Assembly (NCBI GenBank): GCA_964532005.1
Contig: CAZHER010000002.1
Coordinates: 8,813 to 72,812 of the forward strand
DNA: 64,000 nt
Direction: 5' to 3'
DNA from: an uncultured Candidatus Saccharibacteria bacterium
GTDB taxonomy: Bacteria > Patescibacteriota > Doudnabacteria > UBA920
Numbering within the stretch: position 1 is the first letter of the stretch; every line of letters begins with the position of its first letter. Below are positions 39,181 to 49,898 of this stretch, piece by piece. Both the position numbers and the translations under genes were made by a program. The notes beneath the pieces were generated by a model. It was given only the letters and a program-made list of their open reading frames with translations. It did not search any database and was not told the origin of the DNA.

Positions 39181-39651
39181 TTATTTATGATACTCTTTTC
39201 CGCTGTTAATAGTGATTGCTCTATATATTTGTTCCTCTAACAGCACTCGGGCAAAATTGTGAGTAAAAGTTAGGGGGCTAAGTGATATTTCATAATTAGC
39301 CACTTCCTTAAGAGAATCGTGAAGCCCTGCGCCACTTCCTATGACAAACACCAGCTCAGTCCCTATGCCGCCAAGTCGTTCTAAAAAAGTTGCAAAATCT
39401 TTGGAATTGCGAATTTGCCCACTTTCTTTCATTAAAATTACTATTCCATTTGCAGGCAAATGCTTTTTGATAGATTGAGCTTCTTTGAGCTTGGCTTTTT
39501 CTATTTGCGCAGATGTTTTATATGAAACATCGGGCAACTCTACAATTTTTACTTTTGCAAAAGGGGAGAGACGCTTTAAATACTCTTTTTCCAATTCAAC
39601 AAAAGCTTGCTCCTTAAATTTTCCCAAACAGATTATTTGTATTTTCAACAT
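39181..39651 (-). CDS. rlmH: 23S rRNA (pseudouridine1915-N3)-methyltransferase RlmH
   Basis: The 156-aa SPOUT fold begins MLKIQIICLGKFKEQ. Confidence 0.8.
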   Translation of the reverse strand: MLKIQIICLGKFKEQAFVELEKEYLKRLSPFAKVKIVELPDVSYKTSAQIEKAKLKEAQSIKKHLPANGIVILMKESGQIRNSKDFATFLERLGGIGTELVFVIGSGAGLHDSLKEVANYEISLSPLTFTHNFARVLLEEQIYRAITINSGKEYHK

Positions 39652-39685
39652 ATATTCAATATAACATATGATAAAATAGTTCTAC

Positions 39686-41755
39686 ATGAAATATACCTTT
39701 ATACTGCCAATTTACAACGAAGCGCTAATACTTAGACAATCTGTTGAACTGCTGTTAGATTTTCTGAAAAACAAATGGGCACATAGCGGCGCAGACTGGC
39801 AAATTGTGCTGGCAGACAACGGCTCTACTGATTCTACTGAACAGGTGTGTTCAGAGCTTCGATCCGAAAATCTGCATGAAATAAAATATTTGAAAACAAC
39901 AATTCCCGGACGAGGGCAAGCTCTGCGCTCGGTGGCAGAAAAATTTGATTCCGAGATATATTGCTATATGGACATAGACCTTCCAATAATTTTACAAGAA
40001 GTCCCAAGAATGTTGGCGCCCATTGAATCAGGAACAGCTGATATAGCAGTAGGGAAAAGAGCTGGAAAACGCCCACTGTTAAGAAGATTGCTTACTGTTG
40101 CATTAGGCAAAATAAATTTTTTGTTATTTGGATTTGACTTTCAAGATGCCCAAAGCGGAATCAAAACTTGGAATAAAAAAGCTTCAAACTTAATGCGATC
40201 TTGCAAAGAGTCGGGATTCTTTTTAGATACGGAATTTGTAGCTATGGCAAAAAAACAAAATTACACTATTACAGAAGTACCGGTGGACTGGATAGAAAGG
40301 CGATACGAGCGACGGGTTAGCAGTGTTAAACCTTTGCGCGACTCATTCCGAGCACTGAATGCATTACACAGAATAGCCAATGTGCTTTACCCAAAACTTA
40401 ACAACAACCTTTTTACTTTCTCGGCAATCGGTCTAGGCCTGTTTCTTATGAGTATATTTTCTCTGTTCTATATTAAACAACCGGGCGGCGAAATTGCTTT
40501 GGATATAGAACGCACGCACAACACTATTGCTGCATGGGCAATAATGAGCATGGTTTTGTACGCAAGTCTTTGGTTGTGGTTGGTAAAAACAAAAAACGGC
40601 CCATGGAAAATATTTGCGGGCCTGGGAATAATATTTTTTTTGTTCACCTCAGGAAGTGCTGCAATAAGCTTGCCGACACAATCACAAGATTTGTATTGGA
40701 ACTTGTCATTAACTCGAAACTGGGTTGAAACCAAGGAAAACCCATACCAAACTACGATAAACAACGTGTCGCAAAGCAATTGGACCAGCCCAATTACTAA
40801 GTGGAAAGCTTTGCCAATGACCCACGGACCCGCTTGGGTTTTATTGCTTGCACTGTTTATAAAACTAAATTTTTCTTTATACGCGACTATAGTTTCTATA
40901 AAAATTTTATTTGTTAGCTTAACCCTTGCTTCGGCTTTACTGTGGTGGAAAATTATGACTATCCACGGCTGGACGCTCGAGAAAAAAACAAAACTGTTCT
41001 TGCTTGGAATTCTAAGTCCATTTATTTTGCAAGCGGTATTAGTTGACGGCCATAACGATGTACTTATTTTGTTTGGAATAACTTTGAGTTATTATTTTTT
41101 CCTTACCAGGAAATTTTCTGTCAGCACAATCATATTGTTAATTGCCGGTTTTATTAAATACATTCCATGGCTACTAGCCATAATTCCATATACTGAAAGA
41201 ATGATAGAAGCACGGAGTTGGGACGAAAAAATAAAGGTGACAATTTTTTATTTACTTATTTTCATTGGGCTGGGTTTTGTACTTTATGCACCATTTGGCC
41301 TGCCGTGGCAAAACGCATCCGGATTGGGTCAGAAATTAGTTGCGGACAAGCATAATCTTTTTCAATTACCCGGCACATATCTTATATCTCTTCTGCCTTT
41401 CGTAAACAATATAATTCTACGAATTGCCAGCATTTTTGTTGGAGTTTTGCTAATTGGATATTTTGTATATAAAAGAAAGTTTGTGCATAGCTGGATCTTG
41501 CCGTATGTTGTGATTTTAGGCTTTACCACTCCGTGGTTTATGCCTTGGTATGCTTTGTGGATATACCCGTTACTTGGAATTTTCGTTTCCTTAAATATTT
41601 TTGCAATTCTGAACTTATCTTTATTTATTATGCAGATCAATGCGCCACTAATTGCATCACTAATTGGCTTGCTGGGTGTGATATTTTATTTTACTTTCAA
41701 ACTTTTTTTGCAAAAAATTAATAAACCGGCGCAATCAAAAAACCGCCTCAGCTGA
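39686..41755 (+). CDS. GT2 glycosyltransferase domain (Dpm1/ArnC-like) fused to a large C-terminal polytopic membrane domain
   Basis: The N-terminus reads MKYTFILPIYNEALILRQSVELL...VLADNGSTDST...YMDIDLP, the GT-A DxD region. About 14 TM segments follow. Confidence 0.6.
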   Translation: MKYTFILPIYNEALILRQSVELLLDFLKNKWAHSGADWQIVLADNGSTDSTEQVCSELRSENLHEIKYLKTTIPGRGQALRSVAEKFDSEIYCYMDIDLPIILQEVPRMLAPIESGTADIAVGKRAGKRPLLRRLLTVALGKINFLLFGFDFQDAQSGIKTWNKKASNLMRSCKESGFFLDTEFVAMAKKQNYTITEVPVDWIERRYERRVSSVKPLRDSFRALNALHRIANVLYPKLNNNLFTFSAIGLGLFLMSIFSLFYIKQPGGEIALDIERTHNTIAAWAIMSMVLYASLWLWLVKTKNGPWKIFAGLGIIFFLFTSGSAAISLPTQSQDLYWNLSLTRNWVETKENPYQTTINNVSQSNWTSPITKWKALPMTHGPAWVLLLALFIKLNFSLYATIVSIKILFVSLTLASALLWWKIMTIHGWTLEKKTKLFLLGILSPFILQAVLVDGHNDVLILFGITLSYYFFLTRKFSVSTIILLIAGFIKYIPWLLAIIPYTERMIEARSWDEKIKVTIFYLLIFIGLGFVLYAPFGLPWQNASGLGQKLVADKHNLFQLPGTYLISLLPFVNNIILRIASIFVGVLLIGYFVYKRKFVHSWILPYVVILGFTTPWFMPWYALWIYPLLGIFVSLNIFAILNLSLFIMQINAPLIASLIGLLGVIFYFTFKLFLQKINKPAQSKNRLS

Positions 41756-41766
41756 GGCGGTTTTTG
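41736..41766. terminator. bidirectional Rho-independent terminator between convergent genes
   Basis: The sequence reads aaaaaa ccgcctcagctgaggcgg ttttt. The hairpin includes the stop codon of the plus-strand gene. Confidence 0.6.
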
Positions 41767-41772
41767 TGTTTA

Positions 41773-42072
41773 TTAAAATTTTAAAAATGTACTAAACCAT
41801 TTTTCTAAATATCCTGACTGTAAATTTGTATAGTATAAAGCCAATACACCTGCTAAAAAAATTGCATTGATTACTAAAACCTTTATCAGATCATGCTTTA
41901 TCACCTTGTATTCTGTCCCATGCACATCTGCCAAAGTTTCACCGGCAGAAGAGGATGGGCTAGGGCTGGAACTATTTTTGACTGGCTCCAGATAAGTTTG
42001 ATGGGTATGAAATTTGCGTTTATTCTTTTTTGACATGGCTAAATTATAACAATTTTTCCCATTTGAAAGCAA
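41773..42072 (-). CDS. small hypothetical protein with a C-terminal TM segment (99 aa)
   Basis: An ORF with an S/P-rich middle region and a C-terminal hydrophobic helix. Confidence 0.3.
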   Translation of the reverse strand: MLSNGKNCYNLAMSKKNKRKFHTHQTYLEPVKNSSSPSPSSSAGETLADVHGTEYKVIKHDLIKVLVINAIFLAGVLALYYTNLQSGYLEKWFSTFLKF

Positions 42073-42100
42073 CTGGGACTAGTGCTAAAATATCTATACT

Positions 42101-42574
42101 ATGAATCCAAATATACTGTTTTTTACAACAATTGGTGCGGCTGCAGTGTCTGCCGGACTGGCAGTATATGCGATCATTTGGGTCAAGCGGTTGCACGATC
42201 TAAGAACTGAGTTTTCTTACGAAAACCAAGCGGAGAACTTGGAGGAGATAATCAATCGACTTGTAAAAAAAATAAAATCGCTGGAACAAAATAACTTGCG
42301 CCACAATCAGGAGCTGCAAAGCTTGGACGAGAACCTTGGCCTGGCAGTTCAAAAAATTGGAGTTCACCGATTTAACGCATTGGCCGATGAAGGTGGAAGC
42401 CTTAGCTTCACAGTTGCATTGTTGAACCGGAACAACACCGGACTTGTAATAACAAGCATGCACGGCAGGCAACATAACCGTGTGTACAGCAAACCGGTAG
42501 AAAATGGTGGCAGCAGTTTTCAATTGAGCGAAGAAGAACAAAAAGCAATAAAAAACGCAAATCTTATCCAGTAG
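42101..42574 (+). CDS. DUF4446-family membrane-anchored protein
   Basis: It has an N-terminal TM segment and a coiled coil. The segment RFNALADEGGSLSFTVALLNRNNTGLVITSMHGRQ matches the DUF4446 pattern as I recall it. Confidence 0.5.
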   Translation: MNPNILFFTTIGAAAVSAGLAVYAIIWVKRLHDLRTEFSYENQAENLEEIINRLVKKIKSLEQNNLRHNQELQSLDENLGLAVQKIGVHRFNALADEGGSLSFTVALLNRNNTGLVITSMHGRQHNRVYSKPVENGGSSFQLSEEEQKAIKNANLIQ

Positions 42575-42597
42575 TAAATTTTAAGAAAGGAAACAAT

Positions 42598-42990
42598 ATG
42601 GAACAAAATATAGAAGATATAAATACACCGGCTGAAACTGTTGTCGGCCCTTCAGTAAAAATCCAAGGGGATTTAAATTCCGAAGGTAATATTCGTATTC
42701 AAGGACAGGTTACTGGAACAGTAAACACCAGTCAGAGCGTGCATGTAAGCGAAGGTGCCAAAATCAGTGCCAATGTAGTGGCAGGTAACGCAGTAATTGC
42801 AGGGGACGTTGAAGGAAATATGAAAATTTCTGGCAATTTGGTTTTGCAATCTACTGCAAAAGTACATGGCGACATTAGCTGTTCAATATTGAGAGTGGAA
42901 GATGGTGCTATCTACACAGGAAAGTGCAACATGGGCGGAGGCTCAACCAAAAGCAAGGTGGCTGCACCAGAACCGGAACCTGAAAAATAA
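42598..42990 (+). CDS. bactofilin (CcmA/DUF583) cytoskeletal protein
   Basis: It has repetitive beta-helix rungs (IQGDLNSEGNIRIQGQVTGTV...VAGNAVIAGDVEGNMKISGNLVL). Confidence 0.8.
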   Translation: MEQNIEDINTPAETVVGPSVKIQGDLNSEGNIRIQGQVTGTVNTSQSVHVSEGAKISANVVAGNAVIAGDVEGNMKISGNLVLQSTAKVHGDISCSILRVEDGAIYTGKCNMGGGSTKSKVAAPEPEPEK

Positions 42991-43003
42991 ATAGCCTCCA
43001 CAT

Positions 43004-43873
43004 TTGAGCTCGGCCGGCATTGGCTATTTTATGTATTACTACATTTTAGATCCGCAGAATATAGGAGAAAAAGCTTTTGAAGAACGCCAGATTGCCTTGC
43101 AAGGGTATCTGGCGGAGTTCAAAATAAACGGTGAAATGGGCCGCGTGACTCCGCTTCGTTCAATTCAAAGTTTGGTGGAAACCGCGAGCGAGCGGGGAGT
43201 GAAAACATTGGTAGCGTGCGGTACAGACGAAACTTTTAACCTAATGCTGTCATATCTGCAAGGCCGGGATTTTACAATTGGATTCATCCCTCTTACCGAC
43301 AATTCGTACTTGGCAAAAATTTTAGGTTTAAAAAATTTATATAATTCGGTCAAAACTTTAGCTGCTCGCAGAGTGGTTAAAATTGACTTGGCTACAGTTG
43401 CCAAAAGTTATTTTGTATCATATTTAGAATTCGGAATTGCGAGCTCTAAAATTAAGGACTTGAGTTGGTGGAGCAGTATTAAAGCGCTATCTGTACCAGC
43501 GCAAGAAATTTCGGTACGCATAGACAACTCCTATACTATGAACCTAAACTGCTTGGGAGGAATTATTGCCAACACACGGTCTACCAGCTCGGAGTCAGAA
43601 GCAATTGCAAACCCTACCGATGGTTTCTTAGACCTGTTGGTTGTAGAAAAACTTAGCAAATTACAAATTGTTCGCTATAAAGAAGCTATCCTGCAAGGTC
43701 AATTAGAAAAAATCCCTGGTACCAGCGTCATCAAATGCCGTAAGTTGGAGTTCTTAGAGCCTGAAGGGTTTCCGCTTACCATATCTGGAAGGGTTCTAAC
43801 CAAACTTCCTGCAACTGTTGAAATTATTCCTAAACGTCTCAAGGTCATTGTAGGAAAAGGCAGGACATTTTAA
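43004..43873 (+). CDS. diacylglycerol kinase catalytic-domain family lipid kinase (YegS/BmrU-like)
   Basis: The segment LVACGTDETFNLMLSYL is a variant of the GGDGT motif, and the length fits DAGK_cat. Confidence 0.55.
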   Translation: MSSAGIGYFMYYYILDPQNIGEKAFEERQIALQGYLAEFKINGEMGRVTPLRSIQSLVETASERGVKTLVACGTDETFNLMLSYLQGRDFTIGFIPLTDNSYLAKILGLKNLYNSVKTLAARRVVKIDLATVAKSYFVSYLEFGIASSKIKDLSWWSSIKALSVPAQEISVRIDNSYTMNLNCLGGIIANTRSTSSESEAIANPTDGFLDLLVVEKLSKLQIVRYKEAILQGQLEKIPGTSVIKCRKLEFLEPEGFPLTISGRVLTKLPATVEIIPKRLKVIVGKGRTF

Positions 43874-43895
43874 TAAGGCAACAACGCTGGAGTCC

Positions 43896-45887
43896 GTGCG
43901 TGAAACACTTGATTTTATTGATAATTTCCAGTATAATCAAACAGTTATGAATTTATCCAGCCTTTCTTCACAGCTGAATATTTCAATTCAAGAACTTCGC
44001 CAAAAAGCTTCGGCGAAGGGTTTTGTTATTTCCCCGCGCGCCAATAAGATAGACAATCATCTGGCAAAGCAAATATTGACCAGTCTGAATGAGACGGAAA
44101 AGCCGGTAGAAAAAATACCAAAAGAACCAAAAAAAGTTGCATTGCCGGCATATATAAAAGTCAGAGACTTTGCTGCTTTGCTAGAATTACCAGTTGTTGA
44201 CGTTATCAAAGTTTTGATAAAAAACGGGGTGATGGCAACTATTAATGAAGAAGTTGACTTTGAAACGGCAACTATTATTGCCCAAGATTTAGGGTTTGAG
44301 GTTGAAAGTGAACAAAGCGCTGAAGTTGAGCAGTATGGCCTGGCATTTTTGCAGAATACTTTGTCCGAAGAAAAAAAAGAAAATTTAGTAAAGCGTCCAC
44401 CAATTGTTGCTGTTATGGGCCATGTTGACCACGGCAAAACTACTTTGCTTGATGCTATCCGCCAGACAGATGTTGTGGCAGGGGAATCAGGCGGAATCAC
44501 TCAGCATATTGGAGCTTACCGCGTTAAGAAGAACGACCAAAGTATAACCTTCTTAGATACTCCCGGCCACGAAGCTTTCGTTGAAATGCGTGCCCGCGGG
44601 GCCAATGTTACTGACTTGATTGTTTTAGTAGTTGCTGCCGATGACAGCGTGCGTCCCCAAACAATTGAAGTTATTAACCGAGCTAAGTTTACCAACACTC
44701 CGCTTATTGTTGCAATCAACAAAATAGACAAAGAGAACGCCAATATTATGAAAGTTAAACAAGAGTTGGCAGAAAACGGAATTCTCACAGAAGAATGGGG
44801 GGGTAAAACAATTGCTGTGGAAGTATCGGCAAAAAAGAATACTGGGATCGACCAATTGTTAGAAATGATTTTACTTCAAGCTGAGGTGGAAGATTTCAAA
44901 GCAAACCCAAATGGAAAAGTGCTGGGCACAGTTATTGAGTCTCACACCTTATTGGGTAAAGGTTCTGTAGCAACAATTATTGTACAAAACGGCACATTGA
45001 AAGTCGGGGATATTATTGTTGCTGGTGCCGCTCACGGACGTATAAAAACTTTGGAAGACGAGCATGGTAAAAAACTAAAAGCAGCTACCCCTTCTATGCC
45101 GGTACAAATCTCCGGATTCTCTGAACTTCCCGAAGTGGGAGATATTTTGCAAACTACCGAAACTCTAGAAGAAGCTCGGGAAATTGCTTTGCAAGTACAA
45201 AAGAAAAACCGCAGTCACCGCTTGGCAAACCGTCCCACACTACAAGGAGATTCTGAAAATAAAACTTTGAACTTAATTTTAAAAGCAGATGTTGCCGGCT
45301 CTTTGGAAGCCATCAAGCAGTCTTTTGACAAGCTCAAAAACGACGAAGTTACAATAAACATCCTCAGCGAAGGCGTAGGTGAAGTAAATGAGACGGACAT
45401 ACTGCAAGCAGAAACTTCCAAAGCAACAGTAGTTGCATTCCGAGTTAAAACAAACCCGAAAGCAATAAACTTAGCAAAGCAGAAAAAAGTTGCCATAGAC
45501 AGCTACGAAGTTATTTATGAGCTGTTGGAAGACGTTACCAGTGCAGTCATAAAAATGTTTACTCCTGAAATGGAAAAAGTCAGCTTTGGAAGAGGAACTA
45601 TTTTGGGAATTTTTAGAACTGAAAAAGGCCAAATGATTATCGGCGGAAAAGTTAACGAAGGTGAAATTCGCAAAAGCAAACCAATTGCCATTATCCGAAA
45701 AGACAACGAAGGCAATGAATATGAAGCTGGTAGGGGAGAAATACTGGACCTCCAACAAAATAAAGTAGCAACCAAAGAAGTTGGAAAGGGTAATGAATTT
45801 GGGATGAAAGTTAAATCACAAACCAAAATACAGGAAGGTGATACCATTGAAAGCTTTGAAGAAAGCTTAAAACTAAAAACTTTATAA
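43896..45887 (+). CDS. infB: translation initiation factor IF-2
   Basis: It carries [29 protein letters not shown] and NKIDK G-domain motifs. Confidence 0.9.
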   Translation: MRETLDFIDNFQYNQTVMNLSSLSSQLNISIQELRQKASAKGFVISPRANKIDNHLAKQILTSLNETEKPVEKIPKEPKKVALPAYIKVRDFAALLELPVVDVIKVLIKNGVMATINEEVDFETATIIAQDLGFEVESEQSAEVEQYGLAFLQNTLSEEKKENLVKRPPIVAVMGHVDHGKTTLLDAIRQTDVVAGESGGITQHIGAYRVKKNDQSITFLDTPGHEAFVEMRARGANVTDLIVLVVAADDSVRPQTIEVINRAKFTNTPLIVAINKIDKENANIMKVKQELAENGILTEEWGGKTIAVEVSAKKNTGIDQLLEMILLQAEVEDFKANPNGKVLGTVIESHTLLGKGSVATIIVQNGTLKVGDIIVAGAAHGRIKTLEDEHGKKLKAATPSMPVQISGFSELPEVGDILQTTETLEEAREIALQVQKKNRSHRLANRPTLQGDSENKTLNLILKADVAGSLEAIKQSFDKLKNDEVTINILSEGVGEVNETDILQAETSKATVVAFRVKTNPKAINLAKQKKVAIDSYEVIYELLEDVTSAVIKMFTPEMEKVSFGRGTILGIFRTEKGQMIIGGKVNEGEIRKSKPIAIIRKDNEGNEYEAGRGEILDLQQNKVATKEVGKGNEFGMKVKSQTKIQEGDTIESFEESLKLKTL

Positions 45888-45902
45888 AATAGTACTGAAA
45901 AG

Positions 45903-45932
45903 CCCCGCATAATAACAGCGGGGTTTTGTTTT
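45903..45932 (+). terminator. Rho-independent terminator after infB
   Basis: The sequence reads ccccgc ataataaca gcgggg ttttgtttt. Confidence 0.55.
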
Positions 45933-46058
45933 ACTGTGTTCAAGGCACGGTATTGACTCGGTACGCAAAATTAACTAAACTACTATATTCTCTTTGCGAT
46001 AGCGCATTGAGAGCAAAATGTCTCACATTTTGTAACCAACAACTAGGAGTAGGGAACA

Positions 46059-46358
46059 ATGTTGATAGTAAAACTCTTGTTAATTGCAATTTTCGCAGCA
46101 ACCGGGATCACCGCCGGGATCACCGCAAAGGTCGAAAGACCTATACTGAACGGTTTCATGACAATTGTGCTAGCTTTCGGGGCATGGGCGATATATAAAA
46201 ACTCGCAAGCTTCGGTTTCCAAAGCCGACCTGGAAGCAATTCAATTTTCGATGGCCGGGCTGTACTGCTGTTCGGCAACACTCACCACGTTTCTGACGAC
46301 CAGACTTGTAAAAAAACTTTTTTTTCAAAAAGAAGACACGATCCGGATCATTGAGTAA
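46059..46358 (+). CDS. small membrane protein (99 aa), hypothetical, inserted between infB and rbfA
   Basis: It has two TM segments and is flanked by terminators on both sides. Confidence 0.35.
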   Translation: MLIVKLLLIAIFAATGITAGITAKVERPILNGFMTIVLAFGAWAIYKNSQASVSKADLEAIQFSMAGLYCCSATLTTFLTTRLVKKLFFQKEDTIRIIE

Positions 46359-46385
46359 CGTGCCACTTGCGCGAATACATTGTAA

Positions 46386-46424
46386 GCTGGTTGCGACCTC
46401 ACAGTTGCAGCCGGCTTTTTTTTA
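46386..46424 (+). terminator. Rho-independent terminator
   Basis: A stem (gctggttgc...gcagccggc, with G·U pairs) is followed by a run of 9 T. Confidence 0.45.
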
Positions 46425-46483
46425 CTCTTGATTAATCTGATGATTTTCGATATACTTACAGGTATTTTTGATACAATATATTT

Positions 46484-46870
46484 ATGAACAGCTCCCGGCA
46501 AAGACCAACACATAGAATAGAAAAAGTTAACGCTCTCCTCCAACAAATTGTGGGAGAGATTATTCATCCTTATTTGGAGAACACCGACGCCCTTGTAACT
46601 GTCAGTCGAGCAGAAGCCAGTCATGATTTGAAATGGGCCAAGATTTGGATTTCCATTGTTGGAGGAAAAGACGAACGAAACAACGACAGCCAAATTCTGC
46701 AAACTTTACAAAAAAACCTTTACGACATCCAAGGCGAAGTTAATCGTAGATTGGAAATGAAAATCGTTCCGCGCATCCAGTTATTTTTGGACACGGCCCC
46801 TCGCTACGCCCAACATATTAACGAACTCTTGGAAAGAATACACGAAGAAAATTCTGACAAAGATGAATAA
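46484..46870 (+). CDS. rbfA: ribosome-binding factor A
   Basis: Its 128-aa size and pattern (VNALLQQIVGEII...VTVSRAEASHDLKWAKIWIS) fit RbfA, as does its position after infB. Confidence 0.8.
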   Translation: MNSSRQRPTHRIEKVNALLQQIVGEIIHPYLENTDALVTVSRAEASHDLKWAKIWISIVGGKDERNNDSQILQTLQKNLYDIQGEVNRRLEMKIVPRIQLFLDTAPRYAQHINELLERIHEENSDKDE

Positions 46871-47822
46871 TACCGAAAGCTTTGAAGCGGCCAAGAACTT
46901 AATCGATCGCTCCAATAAAATTCTTTTGACAACTCATGAACGAACTGACGGGGATGATCTTGGTTCGGTTTTAGCCATAGCAGATTATCTACTTGCTCAA
47001 AAGAAGCATATTGCCATTGCAGTAGTTGGTGGGGTTCCGGAACAATTACGATATTTGCCAAATAGTAGCCTTGTAAAAGAAAACATAACCAATAAAGATT
47101 TTGACCTTATTATCATTTCCGGTTGTTCAAAAATAGAGCGCTGCGGTAACCCCAGGATCATCAACATGAATGCCCCGATTTTGAATCTGGACCACCATCC
47201 AGATAACTCTAACTACGGCACAGTAAATGTTGTTGACCATTCAAAATCAGCGGTTGCCGAACTAGTATACGATTTCTTCCGCTACTGCAATTGGCCGATA
47301 GGGCATAAGGCGGCAACTTGCATGCTGACAGGAATTTTCACCGATACCGGTTCATTCATGCACAGCAACACCCAAGACACTACACTTAAAGCTGCTGCTT
47401 CCCTAATGGATAAAGGAGCCAGAGTGAGTACGGTTGCCAAATATAACTACAAAGGCAAGGGGGTTGCTGCGCTTAAAGCCTGGGGTAAAGCTCTGGAAAA
47501 TGCTTACTACGATGCAAAAAACAAAGTTATTATTTCCGTGGTTAGCCAGGAAGAACTGGACGAACTTGGCAATCCTCCTATGGAATACTTTGAAGGACTG
47601 GTTGAGACGTTAAATAAAGTTCCGGAAGCCAAATATGCAATGTTTCTGAAGCAAGATGGAAATGTTGTAAAAGGAAGCTTAAGAAGCGACCCTCATAAGG
47701 GAATCGATGTTAAAGAAATAGCCCATAAGTTTGGTGGTGGCGGTCACAAATGGGCTTCAGGATTTTCTGTAATGGGCAGATTGGTCAAGAACCAAAAAAA
47801 TAAATGGGAAGTTGTGCGATAA
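46863..47822 (+). CDS. nrnA: DHH/DHHA1 phosphoesterase, NrnA-type nanoRNase/pAp phosphatase
   Basis: It carries the DHH motifs (TTHERTDGDDLGS; NLDHHPDN) and the DHHA1 GGGH at the C-terminus. Confidence 0.8.
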   Translation: MNNTESFEAAKNLIDRSNKILLTTHERTDGDDLGSVLAIADYLLAQKKHIAIAVVGGVPEQLRYLPNSSLVKENITNKDFDLIIISGCSKIERCGNPRIINMNAPILNLDHHPDNSNYGTVNVVDHSKSAVAELVYDFFRYCNWPIGHKAATCMLTGIFTDTGSFMHSNTQDTTLKAAASLMDKGARVSTVAKYNYKGKGVAALKAWGKALENAYYDAKNKVIISVVSQEELDELGNPPMEYFEGLVETLNKVPEAKYAMFLKQDGNVVKGSLRSDPHKGIDVKEIAHKFGGGGHKWASGFSVMGRLVKNQKNKWEVVR

Positions 47823-47823
47823 A

Positions 47824-48393
47824 TTAGTTCCGCAAACTTTTCATTGCTGCTGCTGTCTGAGCCAAAGATTGAATTAGCTTGTCGACCTGTTTTTCATAAA
47901 ACGGGTCTTTTAAATTTCCATCATTACCGATAATATCTTGAACCTTGCGGAACATTACTGTTTCCTTAATATCATACATGCCGAAGCCACCACATAAAGC
48001 CCGGAGCTGTTCGATTGCTCTGGCACCGCCGACAAGACCATCGGAAACACCAACCAGCCCTACCGGCTTGTACAAAAATTCTCCATACAACCAATCCAAT
48101 CCATTTTTCATTACGGCGCTGTAACCATGGTTGTATTCTGGCGCTACCAGTATAAAAGCATCGGCACTGCCTGCAACCTTGCTCCATTGTTTAACTTCAT
48201 CATACGGATAATCTCCATTCAAATCTCCGGGCGGGATTGGAGTGTCAACAAATGGTAAAGGTGTTTTAGTAAAATCTACCAAAGCAGGTTTATTTCCAGA
48301 AACAGTTACACGTTCTGATATATAGTTAGCAGCATTTATACTGCGCCGATCTTGTCGGACTGATCCGCAAACCACTGCAATAGATAAGCTCAT
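47824..48393 (-). CDS. NADPH-dependent FMN reductase family flavoprotein
   Basis: It begins MSLSIAVVCGSVRQDRRS and has a flavodoxin-like fold pattern. Confidence 0.7.
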   Translation of the reverse strand: MSLSIAVVCGSVRQDRRSINAANYISERVTVSGNKPALVDFTKTPLPFVDTPIPPGDLNGDYPYDEVKQWSKVAGSADAFILVAPEYNHGYSAVMKNGLDWLYGEFLYKPVGLVGVSDGLVGGARAIEQLRALCGGFGMYDIKETVMFRKVQDIIGNDGNLKDPFYEKQVDKLIQSLAQTAAAMKSLRN

Positions 48394-48495
48394 AAATTTG
48401 TTGATTAATGTATTTTGAGTATATAACCCTGGGTTGCTAAAAACAATAGTTCCGAGGTATTATGATGTTAACTTAATTAATCTAACAAAAAATAC

Positions 48496-49170
48496 ATGAT
48501 GAAATTCAGCAAAAAATCTTGGTGGTTCCTCGGTCTATTTATAGTAATTGGATTTATTGCCTTACAAATCCCAACTACCCAGCTAGTCGGCTCTGGGGCA
48601 AAATTTACTTTATTTGATGCTTTTGCTCCTATAGCCGGAGGGTTCCTAGGTAGTATTCCTGGAGCAATTTCTGTCTTAATTATGCAGATTTTAAATCTTG
48701 CATGGCATGGTTTCAATATTCCTGACGCTGGCACAGTTATTCGTCTGTTCCCGGTAATGTTTGCTGCTATCTACTTTGGCAGCCACACCCGCCTGAACAT
48801 TATAGTGCCAATACTGGCAATGATTGCTTTTGTTGCCAACCCTATTGGCCGCGAAGTCTGGTATTTCTCTTTATTCTGGCTTATTCCCGTTGCGGCATAC
48901 TTTTTCCAAGATAAATCTTTGATTGTCAAAAGCCTGGGCGCAACTTTTGCCGCCCATTCCGTTGGCGGCGCCCTTTGGATTTGGGCTTTTTCTCTTCCAA
49001 AAACTGTATGGATTAGTTTGATTCCAATTGTTGCCATGGAACGTTTAATCTTTGCTTTGGGAATTGCCGCATCTTACCTTGTTGCAAACAATGTTCTTAA
49101 CTGGATCAATTCAAAAAATTATTTTTCTTATAAATTTCCGGTTAATGAACGCTATGTATGGAATTCATAA
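48496..49170 (+). CDS. polytopic membrane protein, possibly an ECF/BioY-like substrate-capture component
   Basis: It has about 6 TM segments and Gly-rich helices. No ATPase or T component is adjacent. Confidence 0.35.
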   Translation: MMKFSKKSWWFLGLFIVIGFIALQIPTTQLVGSGAKFTLFDAFAPIAGGFLGSIPGAISVLIMQILNLAWHGFNIPDAGTVIRLFPVMFAAIYFGSHTRLNIIVPILAMIAFVANPIGREVWYFSLFWLIPVAAYFFQDKSLIVKSLGATFAAHSVGGALWIWAFSLPKTVWISLIPIVAMERLIFALGIAASYLVANNVLNWINSKNYFSYKFPVNERYVWNS

Positions 49171-49898
49171 AAGTTCGGACTAGAAAATTCCTAACTCCAA
49201 AAGACAATTTTTACGATCTTTTGGAAAAACATTTGCCGCCACTTAAAAATGGGGATGTGCTTTTAATTACTTCGAAAGTCTTAGCTATTCACCAAGGACG
49301 CACAGTTAAAATTGACGAGAACGACCTCAAACAACGGGATCGGTTGGCCAAAGCAGAAGCAGATAGGTTCATTCCTCGAGAAAAAGTGCCGCATAACTTT
49401 ATGCTGACCATCAATGAATACACTTTAATCGCTTCCGCTGGAATAGACAAAAGCAACGGCAACGGATATTTTGTCCTTTGGCCCAAAAATACCAACGCGC
49501 TTCTAAAAGAAATTGTAACTCACCTCAAAAAGAAATATAAACTTAGCAAACTTGCTGCTATTGCAACTGACAGTCATCTCTTGCCTTTGCGTGCTGGAGT
49601 TATTGGCGTGTCTATGGGTTTCTATGGCATGGAACCAATCCGAGACATGCGCGGTACCAAAGATATTTTCGGTCGCAAGCTGCGCGTAACGCGCATTAAT
49701 ATTGTCGACGCCCTTGCCTCAATGGGAGTACTCCTAATGGGGGAAGGCAAAGAGCAAACCCCGATACTAATTATTCGAGACGCTGAAATGATTAAATTTA
49801 CCAATAAGAATACTTATCGCAAATTAATCATCACCCCTGAACAAGACATATACAGCCCTTTGCTAAAAGTTTTTAAAAAAACTAAAAATGGCCGATAA
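49158..49898 (+). CDS. CofE-like (F420-0:gamma-glutamyl ligase family) protein
   Basis: The segments GDVLLITSKVLAIHQGR and DIFGRKLRVTRINIVDALASMGVLLMGEGKEQTPILIIR match the CofE fold pattern. Its start overlaps the preceding gene. Confidence 0.55.
   Translation: MEFIKVRTRKFLTPKDNFYDLLEKHLPPLKNGDVLLITSKVLAIHQGRTVKIDENDLKQRDRLAKAEADRFIPREKVPHNFMLTINEYTLIASAGIDKSNGNGYFVLWPKNTNALLKEIVTHLKKKYKLSKLAAIATDSHLLPLRAGVIGVSMGFYGMEPIRDMRGTKDIFGRKLRVTRINIVDALASMGVLLMGEGKEQTPILIIRDAEMIKFTNKNTYRKLIITPEQDIYSPLLKVFKKTKNGR

Noticed and set aside
45953-45981. Possible promoter TTGACT-17-TAAACT upstream of the 46059 small membrane gene
   Set aside because: The -10 element is weak, and alternative hexamers nearby make assignment ambiguous.
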